Below the pieces are notes generated by a model. That model did no database searches and was not told where the DNA came from. It saw only the letters and a list, made by a program, of their open reading frames with translations. The position numbers and the translations under genes were made by a program. A stretch of DNA of 64,000 nt from Azolla caroliniana (lineage: Eukaryota > Plantae > Polypodiophyta): contig JBHGNT010000010.1 of assembly GCA_043228905.1 (NCBI GenBank), forward strand, positions 17,360,001 through 17,424,000. The letters run 5' to 3'. Shown piece after piece: positions 13,030 through 26,470 of this stretch (its first letter is position 1; each line of letters begins with the position of its first letter).

Positions 13030-13330
13030 AGTGTTTATCTCAAGTTGATTTGTTGTTTTAAACCAATCTAAAGTTGTGATCTAAAGTTGATTTGTTGTTT
13101 TAAACCAATCTAAGTTGTGATCTAAAGTTGATTTGTTGTTTTAAAAGTTTCGCAAGTTGTGATCTCCAATAGATTTGATGTTTTAACCAATCTCAAGTTG
13201 TTTATCTCAAGTTGGTTTGTTGTTTTAAACCAATCTCAAATGTAAACCAATTGATTCGCGAAAAAGCTAATATCTTCGAAAGAGCTGATTTAAAAAAGTT
13301 GTTTTAAACCAATCTATCTCCCAACCCTTG
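13030..13330. repeat. ~42-bp degenerate tandem repeat inside the MULE
   Basis: Repeated agttgatttgttgttttaaaccaatct(a)aagttgtgatct units. Confidence 0.8.
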
Positions 13331-13477
13331 TAAAAAACATCAATGGTAATAAACCAAGTTGCCCAAACCTCTTAAAATTAATTCTCTTTTGATATGGTCA
13401 CCCAACCAGGTTGCCCAAACCTCATAATCCAGGTTCCCCAACCTCCTTTAATATGGTCACCTAACCATAATCCAGGG

Positions 13478-14966
13478 CAGAAAACAAACCAATTTGGCTT
13501 GCCATTATATGCAGTTGTGGCCCCAAATGCCATGGGAGTTGGTATCCCATTATGGTACATGATATGTAGTTCTGATAAGGGGTCTAACCATGAGCAAGTA
13601 GCTTTAGAAACTTGCTTGAGAGTCATATTCGCACGGATGCCCAATGTGAGGCCAAATGCCATAGTCATCGATAAAAGTTGGACATCATATAACGCCATAA
13701 GTAATGTGGTTGCAACAGAACGATTATCTTGGATAGTTACAAATGGGCAAAGGTCGCAAACACATTGTCGACTTTTGTTGTGTCACTTCCACGCAAAAAA
13801 ATCATGGTTGGACAACTTGTTGCCAAAGGTAAGTGCAACTGAGAGAAACCATCTTTATAATTGAATGTGCCAACTCATGCAATGCATTACGGAATCCACA
13901 TTCAATGCCCAATGTGAGGAGTTAAAGGTAGAATATGCAAACAAGCCAAGTGTTTGGGAATATATAGAAGGAGGATGGTGTGGCTTGACATGTGTGTGGA
14001 GGAAACTGTGGCCCAAATTTGGTAGAATGTTCAACTACGGACATGTTGACACTACCAATCTTGTGGAGAGACATTGGCAGTTTATCAAATATACTGCCTT
14101 AAGAGGGAGGATAAATCGATCAATTACCGATCTTGTGCATGTTTTAATCGGGGACAGTCAAACTGGCACTTGCATCTGGGGTACTGTCATTGAATGGTAC
14201 AAGCAACGACAAGAAATATGTGAGAGTGGTAGATTTGCACCACGTGCAAATTGTAGGCATCAAACAACAAGACTTTAAAGAGGCCGAAAGGCTACTAGAG
14301 AAGTATGAAACTAATGATGTGACAATGCATATTGTGGACGAGCCCCGATATTGGTTTAAAATATTGAGCTTGACAAAACTGAATGTATGGTATAATGTAT
14401 CGCTCCAATGTTCATATTGTGATGGCCAAGACCCTACGAGTAAATGTAAGCATATACTTGGCATCAGGATGATTATTGAGAGGCACGTGCCACATATATG
14501 TGGGTCGTTGCCTTTTATAGATCATGCAACCGATATGCGTAATGACCATTTCACAGAGACGGAAGTGGAGACAGAGGTAGAACTAGTCGAGGAGACAAAC
14601 CCTATAACATCACAAATGGAGGAATGGGAGTCGAAAATACAAACGGTTGAGGGGGCTATTCAATGTCTTAGGCAAGGGTTACAATCCCTCGACCGTGCAA
14701 CAATTTTGGCATGTATGGAGTCCATTGAAGAAATAGGTCAGACGCTAGTGTATCACCTAGGTGCACTAAAACCAACCAATAAAGAAGACCGTGGATCCAT
14801 AGGGTGTAAGCAAGCAATTGGTGCAAAAAGGGGAGCATCAATCAACATTTCACAAGATCTTATTAGCAGCTCCCCAAACACTTCCAAGGCACACACAGGA
14901 AAAATGCAAAGAGGCACAAGTCGAGCTAGGATGTGGTTGCCAATATGTGCAATAGAGAAGATGTGA
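13478..14966 (+). pseudogene. MULE DDE transposase with SWIM zinc finger, disabled
   Basis: Motifs KTNQFGLPLYAVV..MGVGIPL, IVIDKS, LLCHFHAKKSW, TTNLVERHWQFIK and SWIM-like CSYC...CKHILG. There is an in-frame TGA at 13862-13864 and a frameshift near 14275. The first catalytic Asp motif is not visible. Confidence 0.9.
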
Positions 14967-15879
14967 TGTTTGCATTGCGATGCCTTGACCTTTAGACCAC
15001 GGGACTCAAATGTTGATTGTTGCAAGAATTGTGGTCGCATCTTGCCATCATCTCTGGATGAGCCATAAACATAGCTTGAGTGGTTTTGCGGACCGATGCA
15101 TTTGGGTTTACAATGTTTCAAGTAGATTTATGTTGATTTATGAGTGCATTTGGGAGTATGTCATATGTTGATTTATGTTTTAAGTTTCCTGTTTCAAGTA
15201 TGTCATCCTTTGATTTGGGTTTACGGTGTTTAAAGTGGATTTACGTTCTCTGTTTTAAGTTTTATGTTTTTTAACTTTTAACTTTTATGTTTTAATATGA
15301 TTATTTGTTTTAACATAAGTATGGTAAAGATCGTCGATTTTGAATAATTTAAGGTTGGATTTTGTGACTGTTTGATATGTTATTGTAAGTTTTAAGGGTA
15401 ATGAACAAGCTTATTTGAAGATTTTGGTCGAAACGATACATTTGGTTGGGCAACCTGCAAATGTCAGGGTTGGGTGACCTAAAATGGTTGGGCGACTTGC
15501 AACAGTCAGAGTTGGGCGACCTCTAACAACTTTTTTTTTCGCGCATTCTTCCTTATCGAAATCTGACGGTGTAGATCGCACACGCCTTCCTTTAAGCGAC
15601 CTGCACCGTCTGTGGCCGCGATTCCCTCGCCATCCCTCTTTATGATTTGATGCACAATAGACACGAGCAGTCAGAAGCCTTGTTTCATCTACACATATAA
15701 AGACATATATATATATATGGCACATAGTTTCTCCTATTTCCCTCACGTGGGTTTTCCGCTATTTTGTGAATGCCCCTCTACCCACCCACCCCATCCCAAT
15801 GCCAGGATTTTATCCTTCCAATGTCCATGGTCATATTCCCTCCTCTAAAAGAGATGGATGGATGGATGGATTTTTTTAT

Positions 15880-16043
15880 TGTCTTCGGAGCTCAAATATG
15901 ACCTATGCAACCAAAATTATTACATTTCATGTAATACATGGGAATGTGGAGTAGTGACTCTCAATGTTTCACGTTTACCAATGAATGTTGCAATCGAGAG
16001 AGTGCACATTGTGGTTGTAAGAGAAATTCGTGCAAGGATTGGA

Positions 16044-16046
<3 letters not shown>
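15880..16046 (-). mobile_element. 3' fragment of the RTEX-like LINE family, abutting a (TG)n(AG)n microsatellite at 16047-16121
   Basis: Clear similarity to 45800-45957 (ttcgga.gtcaaatatgac...tttaccaatgaatg...gagaaattcgtgcaaggattgg). Confidence 0.75.
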
Positions 16047-16121
<75 letters not shown>

Positions 16122-17748
16122 TACAAATGTCAAACAAATCATTTAATTGCTCAAGCAACACATGTACTCGTAAATTGCTCAAGTGGCACATGTAATTTCA
16201 CAAGAGGGAGGTTGAACAAGGGCAATATCAATATCATTTAAACTACAAGGTTTCACAATGTATTATCTAAAAACGTATACTTGAGATTCCATTTGAAGGA
16301 AAATCGTACTCGTCACAATTTTAGCCCGTGTCAACAATTTAAAAATGATTAGGTCCTCCAATGTACCTTGGAAGAAAATCTGGTAAAATCAAAGGTAGGT
16401 CATTTAAGAAAATAGTTTCGAAGCATTTTTAGCTCATTGTACCCTTAAAAGAAACTTGGACCACATTTGCGTTAAAAACTTAGCTTTGTGTACCTACCTA
16501 CCCATATAGCAATGCATGATAATTCCGCTAAGGGTGAATTACATTGACAAATTTGGGGAGTCATACCTCAGAGCAAAAAACTCGTCAACATTTTACTTGA
16601 GAAAGATAAAGGGCATGTATTGGACCAACTCCCTACCTACATATCAATGTTATAATTCTATAGTGGGATACATTACATCAACCAATTTGTGAAACTTGGA
16701 CGAAATGAAAGGGTGTTCACAATCACTAAGCAAAAAACTTGATCACATTTACCCATGAAAAAACAAGAAACGGTTTGCCAACCATGATTACTTAACTTAA
16801 TCCACAATATATCAACATGAAACAAATTCATTCAACATCAATTTGATTTGGAATCAATCAATTAGCTTGCGAAACATGTAGATGAGGCATTGCTAGTGTC
16901 GACTATCCTCGGTTGTGACACCACACATGAAGCTTCTCGCAATGGTGGCATGCATTATGGGTATAACTCAGCCCCATGGAATGTATATTAATGGGCCCTT
17001 TTTTCTAGTTAAGATGTATAAGAAACGTTTTTTCTACCTAACTAATGCGTATGGATGCACTAAAGCACTCAGCATTTCATTATCCGCATGCATTGCTCGA
17101 TACACAACAACTCAGTCTTTGTGATTATGGATTGAGAATATAATCTCGGACCATCCTCTTTAGAAGATAGGTGTGATATTAGTCTCCCACATGCAAGCCA
17201 TCAACCGTTTATATAGATAGTAAAACACTTGAAACACTTCACTATGCCTTCAATTTAATAAAGCCCAACGTAGTGAGTATTTCAGTGCACTATCTTTGGC
17301 AGATGTTATTTCAAACATTTGAATTATAATTCAAATCCGCAACATAATTTCCCTAAATTGTTTATACACACACACACACACACATACATACTATATATGA
17401 ATATATAACTAATTCCTTATATTTTCATTTCTGCAACCGTAAATTTGTACATAGGTAGGAAACCTTGGACAATGTTGTATGGGCCACACTCTATTTCCAA
17501 TCCAAATGCCCAATTGAAGCCCAAAATGGCTTTCGATCAAGTTTTAGACCTGTGTATAAAAGGTAAATTGCTTATGTATAAATTTGTCGTTCTTGGGCGT
17601 GTTTCATAAATCTTTACTTTAACTAAATCCAGAAAATTATATTTGGCCTTCATGATTTCAAACCCAATTTATCCATAGAAGACCAAATTTAGCTTTGATA
17701 ATTGGAAGTGTCATATCTATGTTCAGAAAAATTAGCCTTGACTGCATA

Positions 17749-20700
17749 TTAGATAGATAGCGAGAAAACCTGTGTATTGATGCCGGTTCTCGAGGGTGCA
17801 AGCTCGACCTCTGCACTAGAATGTTCAGGTTTCCATACTCTAAATCCGGTGGATTGACCTTTTCTGGCAGAGATTCTGTTCTTTCCAGCAAAAAGAGGTG
17901 ATATAGCTGAGTTAATAGCCATGGAAGAGGAACATCCAGAATTTGCTAGCGGATCATTTCTATTAGGAGAAATATTAAGCCCTGAAGCGATCTGAAAGAG
18001 AAGGACATTTTGTGCCTTTGTTGTTATGGCATCAGTTTTACCATATTTCTGAGAGACTTCTGATTCTTGTCGTTTTCCCTCGAAGAGTAGTTCAGAGCTT
18101 TTCATACAACCTACATGCATTTGCTGACAAAGCTCCAAGGTATATAAGATTGCAGATAAGCCTTTCTGCGGGAATGGAAGAGGGCAAATGTACAGGATCT
18201 TCTGAACTTCTGGCAATACAACCCTTATAAGAGAATACATAATCAGAAATTAAAGTTCCCAACCTGAATTTTTTCATTAGTTCTCCAAAGTTCATCCAAT
18301 TGTTCTTTAGTCCTCGTCTTTTCATTTGAAAGTTTAATGTATCCATAACTTGCATCCTGGGGAAACCAAGATATTTTTATGACCAGTTTCAATTTTAAAA
18401 GCATTTTCGTTTCTTTTGATCTAATCCATAAGTTGGCTTTTACCTCAACAAGTTGTATGCTTTTCAATAAATGGTCCCATGTGCAACCAAGATCCCTATT
18501 TTACAGATAAGGTTGTTACCGTTAAGATCCCAGATTCTAAAGGAAGTCAATCTGAATTGATGAATAAAATGTCTTGCGAAAAAAACTAAATGTGAAATGA
18601 AGAGGATATAGAATACATCATTGGATTGATCAAATACTATGTCGAGAAATTATATATGTTAAAGTTGATCATGCGGATTTATGAAAAAACATACAGTTTC
18701 ATTATATGTTAAATTTGATCATGTGGATTTATGAAAAAACATACAGCTTCATTTGTAATATCTCATCTATTTATAATAATGTAAAGATGGATAATAAGTA
18801 GAAAGATTGCAATGTGGATTAGAATCTATTGAGATATATAAAGAAATCCATCTACTGGTGGAATACCATTTACGTTATATGACATAATTTATCAACTTAC
18901 TTTCTCCTTGTCACTATATAATCTGAGTTTTTCGCTGTTTCCATTCTATAATGTTCATCAATAATCTGCATTAACTGATCAAAGAATTAGACATAAATTT
19001 ATATAAGCATTATACATCATCCATGAAGGTGAAACACCATCTTCCATGGGTTGATACAAATTTATAACAATGAATGAATGAATGCATCCTAGCTGCTAGG
19101 TTTCCAGCTGTCCATCTAATCCGAAGACGTTCTTTTATCTCCAATAATGTCTTTATCATCTCCTACAACATCATTGAATAGTCTCTGTTAAGAGATTCCA
19201 TGGATTAAAATCTGTGTTTTTTGTTTTTGTTTTGGTTTTACTTCTAAACAATCTTTGTTACCTCTGATTGTTTTGTGATGTTTTCCTTAAAAGTTTTGAA
19301 GGTTGGCGAAAACTCAGAGTCTGTGTCATGGCTCCCTTTTATTTGACGTGCTAGGGATTGCATTTGGCTGCAGTTTAGAATATCACATTGATCAACAGAG
19401 TTGTTTCAAATTATTATCATGATATGTCCATGAACATCCCGACTATTCTGCATGACAGTGAAATTCAAAGAGTGGAAATACTGGGTTTACCTCTTCAGAT
19501 TCATGAAATCTTCTTTGAGACGATGACATATAACTTTGTCTTCCTCAACTGTTAAGGTTATCTGGGTGGTTTCAGACACTTGCAGCTTGAGGGGAAGCTG
19601 ATTTGAGACTAGTCCTGTGTACTCACTAGACTTCTTTGCTGCTTCATCTAACGAAGTTCTCGAAGTTGACCTGATTCCACAAGATGATAAACTAAGATAA
19701 GGTGGCACTATGAATGGAAAAAAATACTAAACTTCTAGTCTCGCATACCATGTAGATTTAGAAAACTTTCCAATAAGCTTTAGCAGCATAATGAATTAAA
19801 ACAAAACACTGCCCTTGTTTAAACTCTAGCCTTACCATACCACATAGGCTTAATATAAAGGAGCAGGAAATGCTTACACAATTTTTATATAGATAACAAC
19901 ATTTAATAGCATTATTTCTCTCTGGGGGGGTACTTCTTTTGGCGGAATATAAAGTGGGGGGGTACTTCTTTTGACTTTAAAAATTCCTATTCGATCAATA
20001 CGATGTCTACACAGATACTAAAAATACAAAGGGTTCATAGGGTACCGACCTTTCATTGCCTTCTTTCTCCAACAGTATTATTGGAGAATTTTCTTGCAAC
20101 CCTGGTCTTGACTGATTTGCTTGATCAATATCACATTCCTCTGAATTTGTATGTTTTCTATACCCAAAATCTTTACTACTTGAATTAATATTGGCCTGGG
20201 GGGTTTGATAAACAATCCTTTTCCTTGTGCCCCATCGTGTTGGCAAACGATAGCCATCTAAAAGTTTCATAAATGATGTTAGTTTTAGATGAAAACAATC
20301 AAAATATTTACATTTCTAGGGGCCAAAAAAACTCTCTAAAGATACCAGTGCAGCCTTCTTTATTTCCTGAGATACCCCTAAGTTTTTATTATTCAGGGAA
20401 TGCTCTTGATCAACCGCTTTCAAAGAGAAAAAAATCTCACAGTTTGATAGCTCAGATGGCACATGGAATTTTCGGGAAGGGGATGAATTGACCAAAATAT
20501 AAGTGATGAAAGGTATCCGATTGTAATTCCTCTTTCAGGGGTTGACCAAGGGCATTTGGGGAGATAACGGAAATTCATGGACATTTGCGGAGATAACAAA
20601 ACCTTGTGGGCATTTGGGCATTTGGGGAGATACTGGAAAGACTGAAGGGTATATTTGGAGTGTTTTCCTCAAAACTTTACGCGTGGTCAGTTGTGAGGAG

Positions 20701-23237
20701 AGAAGTAAAAAAAGTACCTTCATTTGGTGAATAGTTATCTTTATAATCGTGTTCTATCATTATGCTGGATTTTTTGAGCTTCCTTCTGAACAATTGAGGA
20801 CTCGCTGTTCCTGTTTCACTATAGGTAATTATAGTAGCAATTTGGTGTTCTGGTGATACCTGCATTTCGTCCTTCTGCAGTGATTCAGGATGAGCTAAAC
20901 TAGGTTTCTTCAGAAGACATTTAGTAACATTCCCATCAATACTACACTTGAATTGGTTTTCATTGTCTTTTCTACAATGATCCACGTTAGGACACATTAA
21001 CCAAAATGTTTCAAGATGGTGACGATCGAAATATTCACTGCGAGATATCTGACGCTTCAGAACCTTTTCTGCTACATTTTGCAACATGACAAAGCATCCA
21101 TCTAGATGTATAACTGGCCTTGATCTCCTCACCAAGTTGTTGTAAATTGTATTTCCTGACCTTTTCTTCTCTGCTGATTTATTATCTGGGGTCAAACAGT
21201 TATATTGCAGTCGTTGGAAATGCTTAATGTTTAAAGATGACATTCTTGGATATGTGATGGTGACTTTATCCTTCGATGATTTGCTCACCTAGTGTTCACC
21301 AACAAAATGAATGCATTATTATCTGACTCACCAACTGTAATGCCTTCCAGTGGTATACCTCCTTACCATTGCAACTCGAAGCAACCTAAGGCCTCTTGGA
21401 GCACTTGGAGGCAAATGCTTGTGCTCTATTTCATATGCATTACCAGCACTGATCTTTATGACAGGTTCTGTCAAATCAGTGCAATCAATCTCAGATATAG
21501 CTAAAGAGAAAAACTTGTATGACTTGGTGCTTGATTTTAACTTGTGTATATTTGAAACTATTATATAACCTTCGGTTGCCTTTCTCTTTAAGGGAGTCTT
21601 TTCTGTTGTATTTGATTCCGTTGCAAAATCTTTTCGTTTCTTTTTCATAATTTGCTCGTGGGATTCCTTGTGACTTGGAGGAGCATTCACCTTTGTAGGT
21701 TTCAGGAATGCATTATCCACTTTTCTTTGTATATTTTGCTTCAAATACCGTAGGTGATTATTGAACTGCATTATGAATCACACACTATGATATTTGAATT
21801 TACGTTTCCCAACCATTACTCATATGGAAAATCTCCTAGAAAACCTTGAATTTCCTTTACCAATTCCAGAATAACCCTAAATTTTCTTTATTTATCCAAA
21901 TTCCCCTTTGGTCTAGCAGCCCTTGCTATTTTACTATTCTCGAATTGGCTGCGGATTCCAGGGGACTCACTCCAAACAATTTAGGGCGGCGATTCCACAA
22001 GGGTAAAATTTTTTTGGGGGGGATGGGGGTTTAGGGAACAATAGCACGAATCATTGAGAAAGATGGGATGAACTCAGCTAATATATAGTTGCTCACACAT
22101 GCACGCGGCTGAGGAAATAAAGAAACAAAATACGGGCATTTTATTTATAATCATATTAACATACAAGTAAAAAATAATGTGTTTTGGTTTCTTTCTGGTT
22201 TAAATACTTCCATTTTTCCTCGAAGAAATTTAAAATATGCAGTGATATTTTAAAGCTTCCGAATGGCCATCTGGAATTTTTATTAAGAATACTCACGAGT
22301 GAAAATGATGTTATTGAATCAACTCTCTTTTGCCACTTAATTTGATCTTTGAAGACTTGCAAGCCATTCTCCACTTCAATTAGAAGTTGTTTTAGATCCT
22401 CTAAAGTCATTGTGTTTTTTGCTTTGAGAACCCAAGGCTGAAGAAACATAGTATACATATTTCAATGTCAGATCTCACAGAGAATTATATCATGGACATG
22501 ATTGAATTAACACTAACGGCAAGGAACGCTAAAAATATACCAGTCTTTTGGCCAGTGACCACTCTGCTCGTGTTACTTCTAGAGGTACATTTCGTTCAAC
22601 ATTCAGAAGACGCTGTAATTACATGATCATTGTATGAATCAAATCTTTTATAAACTTGAGACCATTGTGTGAATCATTACAACTTTAACAAGAGATCATC
22701 ATGGGAATCATTACAAATTTAAAGAGATGCCATCCTTTGAATCATTGCAACTTTATGAGAGACTATTGTATATTGAATCAAGCCTTTAACAGATGGCATT
22801 ATATGATTATTAAGTCTTCAACTAGAGAGCATTGTATACTGAATTAGGTCTTTGTATGAAACATTAAATCTTTAACCACAAATCAGTGTATGCTCTCTCT
22901 TTAACTAAAGAGAGATCATTGTTTTGAATCAAGTATTTGTATGAAACATTAAATCTTTATCTACGGGACATTGTATGAATATTCATCTAACCTTTAACGA
23001 GAGAACAATGTTTGAACCTAATCTTTTTTTACCTTTTGCTAGCATTATAAAGAGATAAAGTAGAAACAGAAATTGTCTTAAATCCACAGAAAAGGAGAAA
23101 AAGGTTTTACATTGGCAAGGTCTTTGGCAATGACGATGCCTTCGTGGCTGATGCGATCACCATGTTTTCCATCTTCAATATCATGCATGTCTAGATATGG
23201 CAAACCTGCTACATGCCCTAATACATACATACATACA

Positions 23238-23273
<36 letters not shown>

Positions 23274-25347
23274 TATATGAAACACAGAAGGTCATGAATA
23301 TATACATATCCATACATTGTTATGTGTGAGTGGCGTGTGTAATCAATTTCATGATGATTCATAAGCTTGGTTCATTTTCATAAGCTTAATTAAGAAGCTG
23401 CTCTTGTTAATATTAATTCATTCCACTTATATAAATTATAAGACAACATTACATCATTGATCGCCATACCTGCAAGATCGTCCTCCTGGATTGTGGCAAA
23501 ATTTCCATTAATCATAACACTAGAATCAGCACTTGTAATAGAGTAAGAATATCCACAGGCATATAATATGTCTTGGCTAATTATTTTGGCGTGGCCACCT
23601 GCATTATTTCTGTTCATCCAGCTCGCGATTGTAAGCAATTAAATGATGACAGCTCAGAAAACATTATTATAAGGTTTTCAGCCTCAAATCATCTTCGTTT
23701 GTAACGAATATAAATATTTCATGCATCCCCATCAAACGTTGTCATATATACAAATTGCTGTACTTCATATAATATGTTCACAATCCACATCATTAAAAAA
23801 ACTTATCTCTTAACAAATTAGGATCTGATTTATAGTCAATTTCATTAGTAATTTTCAGTATCTATTTCAATTCATTATGTTCATAATTAATCACCTCATC
23901 TATAACCTAATCCATGGTTGAAACAATATAGAAGACGTATCAAGTTTTTTATTCCCTTTTAATGGACTTCTTTATCAACTTCTCTCTGCAAATTAGGGTC
24001 AGCTATTGATAGCCGATTTTGTTTATTCAGCGTATGTGTTCTCCAGTAATGTAGACTGCTTGTATGTAATCAAGAGACGATTTCTCAGCAATGAGGTGGG
24101 ATATAACTAAATAAAGATAATAATAGAATAGCATAGAACAGAATAGAATAAGATAGATGAATTGACTCATGTGAAGGTACTCATAGATCATGCCTTGTTC
24201 TCACTCTCAAGTAGTCGTCTCTCCACATAACGTTGCATCTCCCTACTATCGACTCAACCAGCTGAGAGTCGTAATACTGCGTGTCTGTTAAATCAAAAAA
24301 TATGTCACATATTCTTGTAAATTAATTTGTTTCATTCATTCTCATCGTCTGATTCATGAGCGCATAATAAGAATGAAAATTCTTTCGGTTTCTTCTTCAA
24401 CAACATTATCATCTCATTAAAAATTAAAAATGTTCCTTCTTCTTCCTCTTCTAATGAGGACATTTAGTGGTAAATATTGGACGCTAATTCCTGTAGATTC
24501 GTTAAATTAATAGTTCATTCATTCGTTAAGGCAACATCATCACCATCCGATTCATGGGCAAAAAATATGATCCGTCCGTTACTACTGAAAACTCTAGTTC
24601 TTCTAATATTGAAAATATCTCGGCGTAAAAATTGACCATTTTTAATTAGTTTCAAGTTAATAGAGATACGGTAAACTTCATTTTGAAGAGGTTGCAATGG
24701 CGGATCGTGTTGAAGATCATTTGGACGATAGAACCTGGATTGAATATCAATCAGAAACTAGCATTAATTAATTCGTTAGTTACACACACACTGCATTTAT
24801 TCATTCGTTAGTTTGCAGAGAACATCTACAGGCGACTAAAATGAAAATTAATCAAGATAAAAGAAGTTCAAGGTATGAAAAGAAGAAATTTGTTTGGTTA
24901 CCAGCGAACTTGAATCCATTTCAAGGCATTGTCGGCATCTTCATACATACTCTCAACCCTGGCTATGTAAAGGTCTGATTTACTGCGAGGTACTTTGGAT
25001 GGAAGAAGATGAACATAGTCGCCTGAGGTTAATTTGGTTTTGAAGCCAATTAATTAGATCAGATCTTATACATTTTGATGTCTAAATTTTGACAGACAAA
25101 TTACAAAGAATTATATTAAATTTCTTTCATTTTCTTTCATATGTCTATGACGAGAAGATCGATTCATTTGAGATGAATGTAGAATAATTATGACCGTATC
25201 AACTAGCATGATCAGATTCCTGACGGAGTGAACATTTTATAATTATTTACCTGTTGAAACACATTCTCCGGAGACAATCCGGCACGCACAGAACACCTTT
25301 CTCCCTCTAATCTCTTCTATTTGAGGGCTTAACCACTTGGTTTTCAT
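17749..25347 (-). CDS. Uncharacterised BAH-domain chromatin protein (~1,010 aa) with two WHIM3/WSD-like helical motifs and a C-terminal coiled-coil-like region
   Basis: GT-AG exons 25347-25251, 25022-24902, 24734-24670, 24284-24205, [unresolved junction], 23598-23470, 23217-23111, 22612-22541, 22437-22297, 21765-21367, 21288-20718, 20257-20050, 19670-19491, 19367-19262, 19162-19058, 18974-18901, 18495-18444, 18356-18264, 18165-17749 are phase-consistent except at one junction. BAH signature: GDYVHLLPS..DLYIARVESMYED..KWIQVRWFYRPND..NEVYHTQYYDSQLVESIVGRCNVMW..DILYACGYSY. Confidence 0.8.
22620..23020. repeat. Degenerate ~30-35 bp tandem repeat in an intron of the BAH gene
   Basis: Recurrent (gaga)ccattgtatgaatca..a.ctttaa motif. 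Confidence 0.6.
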
Positions 25348-26182
25348 GGTATATTTATGTAATTTATATTCTTTTAATTTCCTGCTGCGCAGTTAAAACC
25401 TGCAATATATTTAGCAAACATACATGTTGAAAAACTCATATATGGTAAGTAATGGCAGTACTCGATTCAGGAAATAAAAGCCATGTGAGGTGAGGTTAAA
25501 ACAAGTACTCAGAGCCGATGTAAAGTGTACATGTAGGAATAGTATATACAAATGTAAGAGGAAAGAGAATCAACTATGGGCCGGTGCAGACAATAATTCA
25601 GGATCGTTTTAATAAGGGAAATTAAGCGTCCAAAGCAGACCATGGCGAGGTGAGAATCATTAATCTCACAGATCATATGCATTATTGCGGGATGTCGTTA
25701 TAGTAATATAAAGAGCAAGGGAATTAAGGCTCCAGAAAACAATATATTTTGTCCAGTAGGAATAAAGACAAAGTGTGAATGGCAGGATCTCTCTCTCATA
25801 AAAGAGTGGATCTTTAACGAGTTAGACTGAAAATCACAACATATATAAGACATCGCAAGAGAATTTAATTAAATAGCACAAGAGAATCGTATTATAATGT
25901 GACCAAATCATATGATTTTTGTAAGCAACCGTTTATGATGTGGTACTGATGAATCTGAAATTAATCCTCTTGAGGAAATCAAGAAAACCATGCTTTTAAG
26001 CAGAGGAGGTAATTAGAGGAACGGTACTTTCAAGAACCGAAGCTGGAACTTGAGCATGGGGAAATCATATAGTGATTGCAGAACTAGCTCAAGCGCGGCA
26101 GAGCAGAAACCATTGGGAGATGAAGATTTGAAGACGAAAAAGAAGAGCGAAATGGGAATATATTAAATCATATAGGGAGAGA

Positions 26183-26183
<1 letters not shown>

Positions 26184-26214
<31 letters not shown>

Positions 26215-26470
26215 TTGTGTCTGCGCGTGTTTTTTATTTAGCAGAAGCTTCGAAGAGAAACCATTGAAGAAGACGCCATTAAAGATGTGTGTGTGCTAAC
26301 TAACTCTCCATGATGGTGATGATTGATGATGGAGGAGCAGGAGCAGGAAGACGACGATGAATGATGAATGGTGATGATGGTGATGGTGATGGTGATGGTG
26401 ATGGTGATGATGGTCGTGATGGTAATGGCGATGGCGATGGTGATGGTGATGGTAATGGTAATGATGATTA
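26184..26470. repeat. (TG)n and (GATGGT/GAT)n microsatellites upstream of the BAH gene
   Basis: Directly visible; source of the spurious poly-His and poly-Met/Val ORFs. Confidence 0.9.

Larger units (their letters stand above)
10248..15668 (+). mobile_element. Mutator-like DNA transposon (MULE), decayed, with TIRs and 9-bp TSD
   Basis: TSD agtcagaag at 10239-10247 and 15669-15677. Imperfect ~80-bp TIRs (cgtgtctatt...caaatcataaagaggg.tgg.gagggaatcgcggccacaga.ggtgcagg). Subterminal GGTTGCCCAACC-type repeats and an internal transposase are present. Confidence 0.92.
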
